Positions 19,479-29,268 of a stretch of DNA of 64,000 nucleotides are shown piece by piece (position 1 is the first letter of the stretch; each line of letters starts with the position of its first letter). The notes under the pieces were generated by a model, which was given only the letters and a program-made list of their open reading frames with translations, searched no databases and was not told the DNA's origin. This DNA is from Candidatus Latescibacterota bacterium (GTDB taxonomy: Bacteria > Latescibacterota > UBA2968), in contig OZ220741.1 in NCBI GenBank assembly GCA_965116885.1, positions 448,001-512,000 on the forward strand. Direction: 5' to 3'. The position numbers and the translations under genes are program-made.

Positions 19479-20762
19479 ATGTATTTCAACAAGTGCAAAC
19501 TGGTAGCAAGTCTGGCAATATGTCTAATTGCATATTCTCTGTGTTTTGCACAACAGCCAACCCATTCCAAAGAAGAAATGAAGCGATTTCGCCAATTTGC
19601 GTCCGGATACCTCCCCAAGACCCCAGATCAGTATTGGGAGGGCATTCTGGGACTGGAGCAACTGCTTGCGGATTATCCCAATACCTTTTTGAAAGGCGAC
19701 ATCTCCATCACCCTGTTGGGTTATTACCAACACGTCACCGATGATCCACACCTGTTGATTGAACTCTCTGAAAAAATGCTCGCATTGCGAAGGCACACCA
19801 ATGGTGCTTATGAAACGGCTGCTCGGGCACTCGTAGATAAGAAAGTTCGGTCTGATAAAACGCTTCTATATGCACAAAACGCATTAAAAGAAGCATTGCA
19901 GAACCAGGAAAAATGGGAAAATTACGGTAAAAGAGAATTAATCTGCCGGGATCTATTGGCGCGTGCTCATCAACTCCTTGGACAACACGACCGTGCTGTC
20001 CAAGAAATAAAAACCGCGCTACGCGGTTGGCAAACCCGAGAAGATTTAGGCGACCTGGAACTGGCATCTCGGCAGGCGTCAGTAGATAGGGCAAAGACCC
20101 ACTTGCTTCGAATCTATATCGACCAAAAAGCATGGACAGAGGCTTATGAACTCGCCTCAGAACTATTGCTAACCTCAGTCATACGCCAGGATATAGCAGA
20201 ACTGTGGAGCCAAGCTTATGCTGGCAAACACGGCTCAGGTGCGGGGATGAGCAAAGCATACGCTGCCTTAAAATCCGAGCGGAAGGAAAAAATCATCCAA
20301 AGCGTCGAAAAAGAACGCATTTTACGCTCTGCACCGGCCTTTGAAGTCCAGAAGTTAGACGGTGAAAAAATCACGTCAGCAGACTTAAAAGGCAAAGCTG
20401 TGGTACTAACATTTTGGGCGGGATGGTGCAGCCCGTGCATTGAAGAACTGCCCTATCTCCAAAACCTCAACGCGCAATTTCTCAAGCAAAATGTCGAATT
20501 TTTAGCTGTAAATATCGACCAGGACAGCTCAATGCGCCGGGATATGGTCGCCAGCTTTCGGTACCAGAGCGCACCGCTCTTAACCTTTGCATTGGGCGAT
20601 CTGGAAATGCGAAAAGCGTTTGGCTCCGACGAGATTCCCTATACCTGCATCATCGACCAGAACGGACAAATTCGGTATGAGCGCAAGGGATTAGGTGCAG
20701 ATTTCAGCGTGGCAATGGCGCATCAATTGCAATGGGTCATCGGAATGAACGAGGCACCGTAA
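19479..20762 (+). CDS. Secreted TPR-like + TlpA-family thiol-disulfide oxidoreductase
   Basis: Signal peptide, helical repeats, LKGKAVVLTFWAGWCSPC..ELP, IPYTCIIDQNG. Confidence 0.88.
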   Translation: MYFNKCKLVASLAICLIAYSLCFAQQPTHSKEEMKRFRQFASGYLPKTPDQYWEGILGLEQLLADYPNTFLKGDISITLLGYYQHVTDDPHLLIELSEKMLALRRHTNGAYETAARALVDKKVRSDKTLLYAQNALKEALQNQEKWENYGKRELICRDLLARAHQLLGQHDRAVQEIKTALRGWQTREDLGDLELASRQASVDRAKTHLLRIYIDQKAWTEAYELASELLLTSVIRQDIAELWSQAYAGKHGSGAGMSKAYAALKSERKEKIIQSVEKERILRSAPAFEVQKLDGEKITSADLKGKAVVLTFWAGWCSPCIEELPYLQNLNAQFLKQNVEFLAVNIDQDSSMRRDMVASFRYQSAPLLTFALGDLEMRKAFGSDEIPYTCIIDQNGQIRYERKGLGADFSVAMAHQLQWVIGMNEAP

Positions 20763-20781
20763 CGAAAGTCCCCGATAAAAC

Positions 20782-20817
20782 AAAACGGGCTGTGAGCAGA
20801 TTGCACAGCCCGTTTTT
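20782..20817. terminator. Intrinsic terminator
   Basis: aaaacgggctgtg-N9-cacagcccgtttt. Confidence 0.75.
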
Positions 20818-20864
20818 ATATGGCACACAGAATAAACATAAAAAAATAATTTTAACCTTGCTTG

Positions 20865-20884
20865 TGTACAAGTAAAGTTGTACA
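20865..20884. promoter_or_regulatory. Inverted-repeat operator of the TA operon
   Basis: TGTACAA-gtaaag-TTGTACA directly upstream of the toxin ATG. Confidence 0.55.
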
Positions 20885-20891
20885 ATTAAAT

Positions 20892-21278
20892 ATGCCTGAT
20901 CAAGAATACATCTTATTTCAAGGTGAAAAATACACTATTGAATGGTATTATGGATCAAATGGTAGAAGTCAGGCTCTAACATATTTTAATCGCTTAGACC
21001 GGAGACAAAAAATAAAACTTATCAAGCTGGTCGAGATAATGGGAACGATAGGTGTTATTAGAAATAAGCAACAGTTTAACTATGAGGGGAATGGTATTTA
21101 TGCTTTTAAGCCTCAGCCCAATCGTTTCCTTTGTTTTTTTTATTCAGGAAAGAAAATTATTGTAACCAGTGCCTTTCAGAAGAAAACTCAGAAACTGCCA
21201 ACAGGGGAAAAGGAAAGAGCTTTGCGGGCGAAAGCAGATTATGCGCAGCGGGTTAAGAGGAGATGCTATTATGAATAA
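20892..21278 (+). CDS. Type II toxin, RelE/ParE (HigB/Gp49-like) family
   Basis: YTIEWY..GIYAFKPQPNRFLCFF..IIVTSAFQKKTQKLP.GEKERA. AT-rich. Confidence 0.85.
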   Translation: MPDQEYILFQGEKYTIEWYYGSNGRSQALTYFNRLDRRQKIKLIKLVEIMGTIGVIRNKQQFNYEGNGIYAFKPQPNRFLCFFYSGKKIIVTSAFQKKTQKLPTGEKERALRAKADYAQRVKRRCYYE

Positions 21279-21570
21279 AAAACCGATATCTACTTACGAG
21301 CGACTGATGCAAGATCCGGAATTTAAAGAAGAATACGAAAAGGAATACAAAGAATTTGCCCTTTCGGAATTGCTTCTGGCACTCATGGACGGGGATGACA
21401 AATCGGTTCGAAAGCTGGCAAAAGAAGCTGGCTTATCCGCCAATACAATTCAAAATATCCGATCTGGAAGACAAAAAGACATCCGTCTGCAGAGCTTTAA
21501 GAACATCGTACAAGCCTACGGTTTTCGGATCATTCTGGAAAAAGATGGAGAGCGGATACCTGTTGCCTGA
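21271..21570 (+). CDS. HTH (XRE/HigA-like) antitoxin
   Basis: Overlaps the toxin stop codon. SVRKLAKEAGLSANTIQNIRSG HTH. Confidence 0.85.
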   Translation: MNKKPISTYERLMQDPEFKEEYEKEYKEFALSELLLALMDGDDKSVRKLAKEAGLSANTIQNIRSGRQKDIRLQSFKNIVQAYGFRIILEKDGERIPVA

Positions 21571-21637
21571 TACCAAATCTTCGACTGCTTAAAATAGAAA
21601 AGGGACACAAAATACTTCGCATTTTTTTTATTTTTTA

Positions 21638-22561
21638 TTAGAGAATCTCATCAATCTCCGCCATCTCCTCATCACTGAGGTCCCAGCCAATAGTCGCGGC
21701 ATTTGCCGTGACCTGCTCGGGCGTGGTAGCTCCGGCAATCACAGAACACACACAGGGATTGGCGAGAAGCCATGCAAAAGCCAGATCGAGAATCGTGTGA
21801 TCGCGTTCCCGTGCAAATTCTTCCAGCGCTTCCAGAACATCAAAATTCTTATCCGTAAACATACCGCGGTCTCTCTCTGCCAACCGCGTGCCCTCGGGTG
21901 CTGGTTCATCCCGGCGATATTTACCCGTAAGAAAACCGCTGGCAAGGGGATAATAGGGTAAAATGCCAATACCATAAGATTTGCAAAACGGCACAAGCTC
22001 TGCTTCAACCTCGCGGTCCAGCATACTGTAGCGGGGTTGCACAGTCGAAAACGCAACCAGATTCTTCGCACGCGAAGTCCATAAGGCCTCACACACCTCC
22101 CACGCCATAAAATTGGAACAACCGATATAGCGCACCTTGCCCTGAGCAACGAGATAGTCAAGCGCGTGCAAAGTCTCCTCAATAGGCGTATTGGCGTCCG
22201 TCTGGTGAATCTGATACAGATCGATATAATCCGTATTGAGACGTCTGAGACTCTCCTCCACCTCTTTGAGAATATGGTAACGCGAATTGCCGCTCATATT
22301 CGGCCCATCCCCCATACTCATCGACACCTTAGTCGCCAGAATAAACGCATCGCGCTTGCCTCTAATCGCCCGACCAATATAAGACTCCGATAGCGACCCC
22401 CCGTACATATTAGCCGTATCGATCAACGTAACACCCTCATCCAGCGCCCGATCCATAACACGCGCCGTACCCCTCGCATCGAGACGCCAGCCAAAATTAT
22501 TCGTACCCAACCCAATGGCCGAAACCTGAAGCCCTGAATTGCCGAGTTGTCGATATTCCAT
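21638..22561 (-). CDS. Aldo/keto reductase
   Basis: MEYRQLGNSGLQVSAIGLG, IDTANMYG, ILATK, DYIDLYQIH, GKVRYIGCSN. Confidence 0.93.
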   Translation of the reverse strand: MEYRQLGNSGLQVSAIGLGTNNFGWRLDARGTARVMDRALDEGVTLIDTANMYGGSLSESYIGRAIRGKRDAFILATKVSMSMGDGPNMSGNSRYHILKEVEESLRRLNTDYIDLYQIHQTDANTPIEETLHALDYLVAQGKVRYIGCSNFMAWEVCEALWTSRAKNLVAFSTVQPRYSMLDREVEAELVPFCKSYGIGILPYYPLASGFLTGKYRRDEPAPEGTRLAERDRGMFTDKNFDVLEALEEFARERDHTILDLAFAWLLANPCVCSVIAGATTPEQVTANAATIGWDLSDEEMAEIDEIL

Positions 22562-22575
22562 TTTAAAACTCCTCC

Positions 22576-23757
22576 TCAAAAAATATCACCCTGATACAAC
22601 TGCTGCAAAAACTCTGCAACGGGCAAAACATCCACACCATCAAAATGATAGCTCCGCTTACCCGTATAAACCCCCACCATGCGATCAACGCGAATCTGTG
22701 GAGATTGACTCATACCGCGCATCTGGCGTTCCCAGCGCCTATCCCACCGCTCAGACAGCTTAACTTCGAGACACACCACATGCGCCCGAGAAGATACCGT
22801 TCGCTTCCGCGTTTCAATAATAAAATCGATTTCTCCCCCTGTAGCCGTGCGATAAAATGCAATAGAACGGTGTTTTTCTCGCGTGTGATTGTACACGCGC
22901 AATTCGTGATAAATTAAAGTTTCTAACGCCGTTCCCAACCAGACGCGGTCAAGCGGATCATCGAGCAATCCCGCGGCTGCACGCGCAACCCCCGGATCGA
23001 ACCAGTAGAATTTGGGTCGGGTCTGCTCTCGAACTTTAATATTTGGACGATAAGCCAACAGTTTGTGCCCCAAAAGCGTATCTTCCAGAATCGAAAAATA
23101 GATATCGATACTACTGCGAGAAACCGCCGCGTCTCGCGCCAGACTTTGCGCGTTAACCTGCTGGGCATTAATCTGGCCAGCAATGCTTAAAAATCGGAGA
23201 AAAGGAGGCAGATTGCGCACAACCCCCTCTTCTTTAATCTCTTCTCTAATATAGGTATTAACATAAGCATCCAGAATATCGCGGGCATACTTGCGGTCTA
23301 ATTGCACCGTGGGCAACATGCCGTATTGCAGTGAAAAATCGAGATCAAAAAGCGCACCGAGTTCTGCACTACTAAACGATTCCATGTGGCGAGTAATTGC
23401 GCGACCAGCAAGCAAATTAGTACCGCCCCGTCGCAACTTGCGCGCAGAAGAACCGCAAAGCACGAACCGCCATCGTTTATTTTCAATCAACCGATGAACC
23501 TCATCCAGCAAAGCGGGAATCTTTTGAACTTCATCCAGAACAACCCAGGTCTGCTCTGGACGATTGCCGATCAGAGCCTCGAGATGATGGGGCGACTGAG
23601 AGAGCGCGAAATAAAGTGAAGAATCGAGCAAATCGAGATACATCGCACCGGGCAAAACCTGGCGCAAATAGGTACTCTTGCCTGTTGAGCGCGGTCCAAA
23701 AAGAAAAAACGAGCGATCAGGCAAGGCCAAAAGGCGTTTTAATAAAGTATCTTCCAT
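22576..23757 (-). CDS. AAA_14-type ATPase with DUF4143 domain
   Basis: GPRSTGKST, VVLDEVQK, CGSSARKL..NLLAGRA, KFYWFDPG, GEIDF..EVK. Confidence 0.88.
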   Translation of the reverse strand: MEDTLLKRLLALPDRSFFLFGPRSTGKSTYLRQVLPGAMYLDLLDSSLYFALSQSPHHLEALIGNRPEQTWVVLDEVQKIPALLDEVHRLIENKRWRFVLCGSSARKLRRGGTNLLAGRAITRHMESFSSAELGALFDLDFSLQYGMLPTVQLDRKYARDILDAYVNTYIREEIKEEGVVRNLPPFLRFLSIAGQINAQQVNAQSLARDAAVSRSSIDIYFSILEDTLLGHKLLAYRPNIKVREQTRPKFYWFDPGVARAAAGLLDDPLDRVWLGTALETLIYHELRVYNHTREKHRSIAFYRTATGGEIDFIIETRKRTVSSRAHVVCLEVKLSERWDRRWERQMRGMSQSPQIRVDRMVGVYTGKRSYHFDGVDVLPVAEFLQQLYQGDIF

Positions 23758-23758
23758 A

Positions 23759-23823
23759 TTGCAAATTTACAAAACTATTGTAAAAAAACAATACAAATTT
23801 ACAAAACTATTGTAAATTTGCAA
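23759..23823. promoter_or_regulatory. Two direct 23-bp repeats, each with an internal palindrome (operator-like)
   Basis: caaatttacaaaactattgtaaa at 23762-23784 and 23794-23816, with core TTTACAA-aacta-TTGTAAA. Confidence 0.7.
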
Positions 23824-23853
23824 TCCAAGGGGCTAAAAAATATAGACAATCAA

Positions 23854-24672
23854 TTAAAAAGAATAAGAAGCAGAGAGGGACAAAGGCGTGTGAGAGCGGT
23901 TGAATTTGAGGCGATCCAATGGGATAGACTGCCAGGTCTCATAGCTGGCAAGTTTGCCAATAACACTACCGATACCGGCACCGACCCCAGAAATAACAAC
24001 CGTTTTGGGACTCAGAACAATATTGGCAAGAGCTGACCATCCCGTCTCGGTACTCCTGTTCAAATCGGACGAGGAAAAAATAACACCAATACAGAAACCC
24101 GTAACCAGACCGGCTTTGAAACCCTTCCCGATATGGGATGTCTTGCTCAGATTAATCGACAGTTGATCCAGTTCCGAAGCCGTCAGGATTTTATACTCAT
24201 CGCGATTATGTGTATCCGCCAAAACGATCAAAGAATCGCTCACACTCGCAATAACACCCTCAAACCGGCTATCTGCCGTCTCCAAAACGCCAATAACAGC
24301 CCGGTGCCCGGGTATGACGCTGGACCGGGTCAAAAATCGCCGCGCCTGGGGATTGAACTGCACGGCAATTCTTTTCGTCTTCTTTACGCGCAAATGATCA
24401 ATAGATCGGTAAGGAATGCGGCGTCTATAGGGCAATTGATTTGTGACAATTGTAACCACATAACCCTGCGTGCGATTGACATAGCCTCGAAAACGCTTTT
24501 TTTGCGCGCCGGAAAAATACGCACCCTCGACATACGTCCCAATATCGAGTTCTTTTACTCTTTCACTCACATCACTCGCATAACTCTGCGTACAAAGCTG
24601 TCCCAGCAGAAATATCAGAAATATCGAACAGGTCTTAAAAGCGCGAAAAAAAAAGAAAGACAAGATAGGCAA
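23854..24672 (-). CDS. Hypothetical exported/membrane protein
   Basis: 272-aa ORF with hydrophobic N-terminus and Gly-rich hydrophobic segments, ending LSASYSF. Start uncertain. Confidence 0.6.
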   Translation of the reverse strand: MPILSFFFFRAFKTCSIFLIFLLGQLCTQSYASDVSERVKELDIGTYVEGAYFSGAQKKRFRGYVNRTQGYVVTIVTNQLPYRRRIPYRSIDHLRVKKTKRIAVQFNPQARRFLTRSSVIPGHRAVIGVLETADSRFEGVIASVSDSLIVLADTHNRDEYKILTASELDQLSINLSKTSHIGKGFKAGLVTGFCIGVIFSSSDLNRSTETGWSALANIVLSPKTVVISGVGAGIGSVIGKLASYETWQSIPLDRLKFNRSHTPLSLSASYSF

Positions 24673-24689
24673 TCCGTGAATGGAAAATA

Positions 24690-25052
24690 TTACGTTTTGT
24701 CTTTGGATGGAATATAGCGGTTGGCAAGCGCGACATAATCCTCGCGAATCGGCGAAAAAATATCGAGCGCCACACAGGGACCATCTACTGCCTCAGCCCG
24801 GTGCGGCACATGGGCGGGAATAAGAAAAGCTTCGCCGGGTTCAACCGTGCGAGTCTCCCCATCAATCGTGAACTTCATCTTCCCCTCAAGCATCATACCT
24901 CCCTGCTCGTGGGGATGGCTGTGCATCGGCACAACAGCACCCGCGTCAAATTCAACGCGAGAGAGCATCAAATTTTCGCCATAAGGCGTCCGAATGCGTA
25001 CGCCCGGCGCGACTTCATTAGCTGGATATTTATCCCAATCAATAAATGACAT
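24690..25052 (-). CDS. Cupin domain protein
   Basis: PMHSHPHEQ..G, GEAFLIPAHVPH, DIFSPIREDY. Confidence 0.9.
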   Translation of the reverse strand: MSFIDWDKYPANEVAPGVRIRTPYGENLMLSRVEFDAGAVVPMHSHPHEQGGMMLEGKMKFTIDGETRTVEPGEAFLIPAHVPHRAEAVDGPCVALDIFSPIREDYVALANRYIPSKDKT

Positions 25053-25099
25053 TTTACACAGCTCTCGAAAAATGGGCAACGGGGATATTTTCTGTCCTC

Positions 25100-25543
25100 T
25101 CAGGAGACTGCACGCGCCTCCGCGTCAATCGCGCCAAAGAGTTGCCGCGTCATCAAACGGGCTGCACTGGCGTGCATGCGTTGTCCCACAGCAGCGATTG
25201 GCCCGCCGATTTGCACATCGCCCTCAAACGAAATCCGCGTATTCTCGCCCTCAGGGGCAAGTTCCACAACGCCCTGCCCCTTGACAAACCCGGTCGTGCC
25301 CTTGATATCGACCACCATCGTATAGCGCTCGGGCGGTTGAATATCTGAAAGCGTGACACTACCCGTGTATTTGCCGCGAACGGGACCAATCCCTGCGGAA
25401 ACAGCCATATCGTAAACCCCATCTTCCCTGTGTTCCAGCTTGTCGCAGCCGGGCATACAACGAGCGAGCACCTCGGGATCGATAAGCAACTCAAAAGCGC
25501 GCTCAACCGGCGCGCCAATCGTGTGTGTACCAGAAAGTTTCAA
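25100..25543 (-). CDS. coxG: CoxG/SRPBCC family protein
   Basis: TTG start with AGGAG RBS. LIDPEVLARCMPGC, GIGPVRGKY.G, GGPIAAVGQR. Confidence 0.88.
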   Translation of the reverse strand: MKLSGTHTIGAPVERAFELLIDPEVLARCMPGCDKLEHREDGVYDMAVSAGIGPVRGKYTGSVTLSDIQPPERYTMVVDIKGTTGFVKGQGVVELAPEGENTRISFEGDVQIGGPIAAVGQRMHASAARLMTRQLFGAIDAEARAVS

Positions 25544-25553
25544 AACGTCTCCT

Positions 25554-25598
25554 AAAAAAATACAGCCCCCTTCCCCGAAAGAGAAGAGGGCTGTAAAA
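25554..25598 (-). terminator. Terminator-like hairpin between coxM and coxG
   Basis: TACAGCCCTCTTC..GAAGGGGGCTGTA followed by T7 on the minus strand. Confidence 0.7.
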
Positions 25599-26456
25599 TC
25601 AAGCTGCGCGTTCAATTGCCCGGCTCAATGCCCGTTGGGCAAACACGCATGCCAAATGGGCGCGGTAATCGCCAGAAGCGTGGTGATCTTCCTGAAATTC
25701 CTCTACGCCATCAGCCGCATGGGCCGCCGCATCGGCAACAGCGTCAATACCCTGACCCACAAGCGCGTCTTCGACCGCCTGTGCGCGGTACGCCGCAGGC
25801 GCAACACCTGTAACACCTACAGCCACAGAAGCGCAGTTGCCCGCATCATCCAGCGTCACCTGAGCCGCAACGCCTGCAAGGGCAAAACCGGACGCAGATT
25901 GTCGCATCTTGACATACGCACCACCCGAATTCTCGGGCGGAGTGGCAATGCGAATACCTGTAAGGACCTCGTCGGGTTGCAAATCTGTAATAAAGAGATC
26001 CACAAAAAAATCAGACGCAGCAACCGCGCGTTCACCATTGGGACCGGCAATATCCAATTGTGCATCGAGGGCGAGCATAGTCGCCGGCCAATCCGCAGCC
26101 GGGTCGGCATGGGCAATACTCCCGCCCACAGTGCCCCGATTCCGCACCTGCGCATCGCCAATCTCTGCTGCAGTCTCGGGCAAAAGGGAACATTTTGAAG
26201 GCAACAGGCGATGGCTTTCCACAGCATAATGCGTGGCCAGAGCGCCAATGGTAATGGTCTCATTGCCCGCCGTCACTCTTTTTAAGCCGGCAACGCCACC
26301 CAGATCAATAACGACCGAAGGCGCAGCAAGACGCAATTTCATAGACGGAATCAGACTGTGACCGCCCGCCAGTACTTTGGCATCGTCGCCGAACTCCTGC
26401 ACCAGACGCATCGCGCTTCTCAGAGTTTTGGGTGCGTGGTAATCAAAGGGAGTCAT
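25599..26456 (-). CDS. coxM: Molybdenum hydroxylase FAD subunit (CoxM/CutM)
   Basis: KVLAGGHSLIP.MKLRLA, QVRNRGTVGGSIAHADPAAD. Confidence 0.9.
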   Translation of the reverse strand: MTPFDYHAPKTLRSAMRLVQEFGDDAKVLAGGHSLIPSMKLRLAAPSVVIDLGGVAGLKRVTAGNETITIGALATHYAVESHRLLPSKCSLLPETAAEIGDAQVRNRGTVGGSIAHADPAADWPATMLALDAQLDIAGPNGERAVAASDFFVDLFITDLQPDEVLTGIRIATPPENSGGAYVKMRQSASGFALAGVAAQVTLDDAGNCASVAVGVTGVAPAAYRAQAVEDALVGQGIDAVADAAAHAADGVEEFQEDHHASGDYRAHLACVFAQRALSRAIERAA

Positions 26457-26459
26457 TGT

Positions 26460-28793
26460 TCAGATCTCCTGCATGAGTTTCCAGAGTTTTTCAGGACGCA
26501 AAGGCAGATCGATATGTCGCACGTCAAAAGGTTTTAGCGCGTCAATCACCGCATTGGCTATCGCGGGCGTAGAACCAATCGTACCCGCTTCGCCCACACC
26601 TTTGACACCCATCGGATTAACGGGTGAAGGCGTAACCGTATTTGCCAATTCAAAGCGCGGGAAATTGTGCGCTTTTGGCAAGGCATAATCCATAAATGAA
26701 CCGGTGATCATCTGCCCGCTTTCATCGTAAATAGCTTCCTCGTAAAGGGCCTGTCCCACACCCTGTGCAATACCGCCGTGTACCTGGCCCTCAACAATCA
26801 ACGGATTGATAATATTCCCGCAATCGTCAACGGCGATATAACGCTGTATCTCGACCTCACCCGTATCGGCATCCACCTCAACCACGGCGATGTGCGTACC
26901 GAAGGGATAGGTAAAGTTTGGCGGCTCAAAAAAGTGCGATTCGGCGAGACCGGGTTCTGTACCCTCGGGAAGTTCCACACCCACATGGGCCACCATCGCG
27001 ATCTCACCCAAAGTGAGACCCGACTCAGGCGCGCCCTGAACGCAGTATTTGCCGTCTTCAATCACAATATCCTGCGGATTGCTCTCCAGCAGATGCGCGG
27101 CAATATTGATCACTTTGTCTTTCACTTTACCCATCGCGTGAACCATCGCCGTACCACCCACAGCCGTCGCGCGACTGCCAAATGTACCAATACCGTATTG
27201 CACAGTATCCGTATCGCCGTGGATAATGCGAATATCGTCGATATCAACGCCCAGACCATCGGCAATAAGCTGGGCAAACGTGGTCTCCTGTCCCTGTCCG
27301 TGAGGCGATACACCCGTGAGCACAGTAACCTTACCCGTGGGATCTACGCGCACAGTGCTGCTTTCCCATCCACCAGCGGGCATCGCAGCAGAAGGACCCA
27401 TCCCACAAATCTCCACATAAGTGGAAAATCCAATACCGAGGTATCGTCCCTCTTCGCGCAAATTGGCCTGCTGCTCGCGCAAAGCCTCGTAATCGGCGAT
27501 CTTGAGCGCCTTATCGAGCGCGGCCGTATAGTCGCCACTGTCATAAGCCAGAGCAGTCCCCGTTTCAAAGGGAAAAGCATCTTTGCCGATAAAGTTTTTG
27601 CGCCGAACCTCCAGAGGATCGAGATCCAGATCGTGCGCCACCACATCGATCATGCGCTCGATGAGATACGTGGCCTCGGGACGTCCCGCACCCCGATAAG
27701 CATCCGTCGCCATCTTATTCGTAAAAGCGGCTGTGAGATTCATCTGCACATTTTTAAATGTGTAAGAACCGCACAACATCAATCCCGTAAGCGTGGGAAT
27801 GGCCGGCGTGAGCAACTGATAATAAGCCCCCACATCCGCCGTAACCGTGTATTTGAGACCGAGGATCGTACCGTCGTCTTTCACCGCAAGCTCGACATCT
27901 CCGGTCTGATCGCGTCCGTGAATCGTGTGCACAAAATTTTCACGCCGCCCCTCAATCCACTTCACGGGCTGCCCGAGATATTTTGCCATATGCCCGAGCA
28001 GGGCTTCTTCGGCGTACACATTGAGCTTGCAACCAAAGCCCCCGCCCACTTCGGGCGCAATAACGCGCACATGATTTTCGGCCATACCCAGCATAACGGA
28101 TATTTGCGTGCGCAACAGATGGGGAATTTGCGTAGAGGACCACAAGTTGAGCTGGTCTTTGCCGGGCAGATATTGGGCAACCACCCCCCGCGTCTCCATT
28201 GGATTGGGAACCAGACGTTGATGGTCAATCCGCTGACTGACGACATGATCGGCTTCGGCAAAAGCCGCATCAATATCGCCCCCGGCAATGCTCCAGGTAA
28301 AAGCCATATTATCGTCCCAATCTTCGTGAATAACAGGCGCGTCATCGGCAAAAGCAGCCTCAGCCGAATTGATGGCATCGAGAGGTTCGTAATCAACCTC
28401 AATCAAATCCAGTGCATCCTGAGCAATGTACGCATCGGTCGCTGCAACAGCGGCGACAGGCTCGCCAACAAAACGCACCTTTCCAGTTGCAAGCACGGGA
28501 TGATGGGGCACCTTAATGCCCGGAAATCCCTCCGGATCTGTAGCCGCACAGGGAATTCCACCAATGACATCTTTGACATCATCGCCAGTGACCACGGATT
28601 TCACTCCGGACAAATTTTGCGCCGCATCGGTATTAATACCATTGATGCGCGCATGGGCATAAGGGCTTCGCAAAATCGCGACATGCAACAAATTGGGCAG
28701 CTTAATGTCATCGACATAATGTGCAAGGCCCTGAATCAATCGAGGGTCTTCTCGGCGCTTAATACGGGCGCCAACAGATTTGCTAACAGGCAT
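26460..28793 (-). CDS. coxL: Molybdenum hydroxylase large subunit, form II CoxL-like
   Basis: REDPRLIQG, VGGGFGCK, active-site loop AYRGAGRPE, HGQGQET, KGVGEAG. Confidence 0.88.
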   Translation of the reverse strand: MPVSKSVGARIKRREDPRLIQGLAHYVDDIKLPNLLHVAILRSPYAHARINGINTDAAQNLSGVKSVVTGDDVKDVIGGIPCAATDPEGFPGIKVPHHPVLATGKVRFVGEPVAAVAATDAYIAQDALDLIEVDYEPLDAINSAEAAFADDAPVIHEDWDDNMAFTWSIAGGDIDAAFAEADHVVSQRIDHQRLVPNPMETRGVVAQYLPGKDQLNLWSSTQIPHLLRTQISVMLGMAENHVRVIAPEVGGGFGCKLNVYAEEALLGHMAKYLGQPVKWIEGRRENFVHTIHGRDQTGDVELAVKDDGTILGLKYTVTADVGAYYQLLTPAIPTLTGLMLCGSYTFKNVQMNLTAAFTNKMATDAYRGAGRPEATYLIERMIDVVAHDLDLDPLEVRRKNFIGKDAFPFETGTALAYDSGDYTAALDKALKIADYEALREQQANLREEGRYLGIGFSTYVEICGMGPSAAMPAGGWESSTVRVDPTGKVTVLTGVSPHGQGQETTFAQLIADGLGVDIDDIRIIHGDTDTVQYGIGTFGSRATAVGGTAMVHAMGKVKDKVINIAAHLLESNPQDIVIEDGKYCVQGAPESGLTLGEIAMVAHVGVELPEGTEPGLAESHFFEPPNFTYPFGTHIAVVEVDADTGEVEIQRYIAVDDCGNIINPLIVEGQVHGGIAQGVGQALYEEAIYDESGQMITGSFMDYALPKAHNFPRFELANTVTPSPVNPMGVKGVGEAGTIGSTPAIANAVIDALKPFDVRHIDLPLRPEKLWKLMQEI

Positions 28794-28803
28794 GGGGCGC
28801 CTC

Positions 28804-29268
28804 CTATGTGGTCATTTTTTTCGATGCGTACTGAACCGCATCGACAATATGTTGGTACCCTGTACAGCGGCACAGATTGCCTTCTATACCGCGACGAATA
28901 TCGGCTTCACTGGGTTTGGGATTGCGTTCTAAAAGCTGGTGCGCGGCAATAATCATGCCCGGGGTGCAAAAACCGCACTGCAATCCGTGACACTCCCAGA
29001 AGCCCTCCTGAATAGGGTGCAATTCACCATTTTGGGCCAGGCCCTCAATGGTAGTAATTTCAGCACCATCGGCTTGCACTGCCAAAACCGTACACGATTT
29101 GACAGCATCTCCATTGAGCATCACACTGCACGCGCCACAAAGGCTGGTCTCACAGCCCACGTGCGTGCCAGTAAGCCCGACGACATCGCGCAAAAAATGC
29201 ACGAGCAACATCCGCGGTTCGACATCGTAACTTTGATGCTCCCCGTTCACAGTGACTTCAATTTTCAC
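28804..29268 (-). CDS. coxS: [2Fe-2S] small subunit (CoxS/CutS)
   Basis: [30 protein letters not shown]. Confidence 0.92.
   Translation of the reverse strand: MKIEVTVNGEHQSYDVEPRMLLVHFLRDVVGLTGTHVGCETSLCGACSVMLNGDAVKSCTVLAVQADGAEITTIEGLAQNGELHPIQEGFWECHGLQCGFCTPGMIIAAHQLLERNPKPSEADIRRGIEGNLCRCTGYQHIVDAVQYASKKMTT

Noticed and set aside
26460..28793. Bona fide (form I) aerobic CO dehydrogenase
   Set aside because: The motif is AYRGAGR, the order is SLM, and no coxDEF genes are adjacent.
26778..28952. 724-aa plus-strand ORF (and similar long ORFs at 10232, 11936, 13375, 58237)
   Set aside because: Antisense shadows of coxL, the Gfo/Idh/MocA gene, pheT, pheS and rfbB, with no recognisable motifs.
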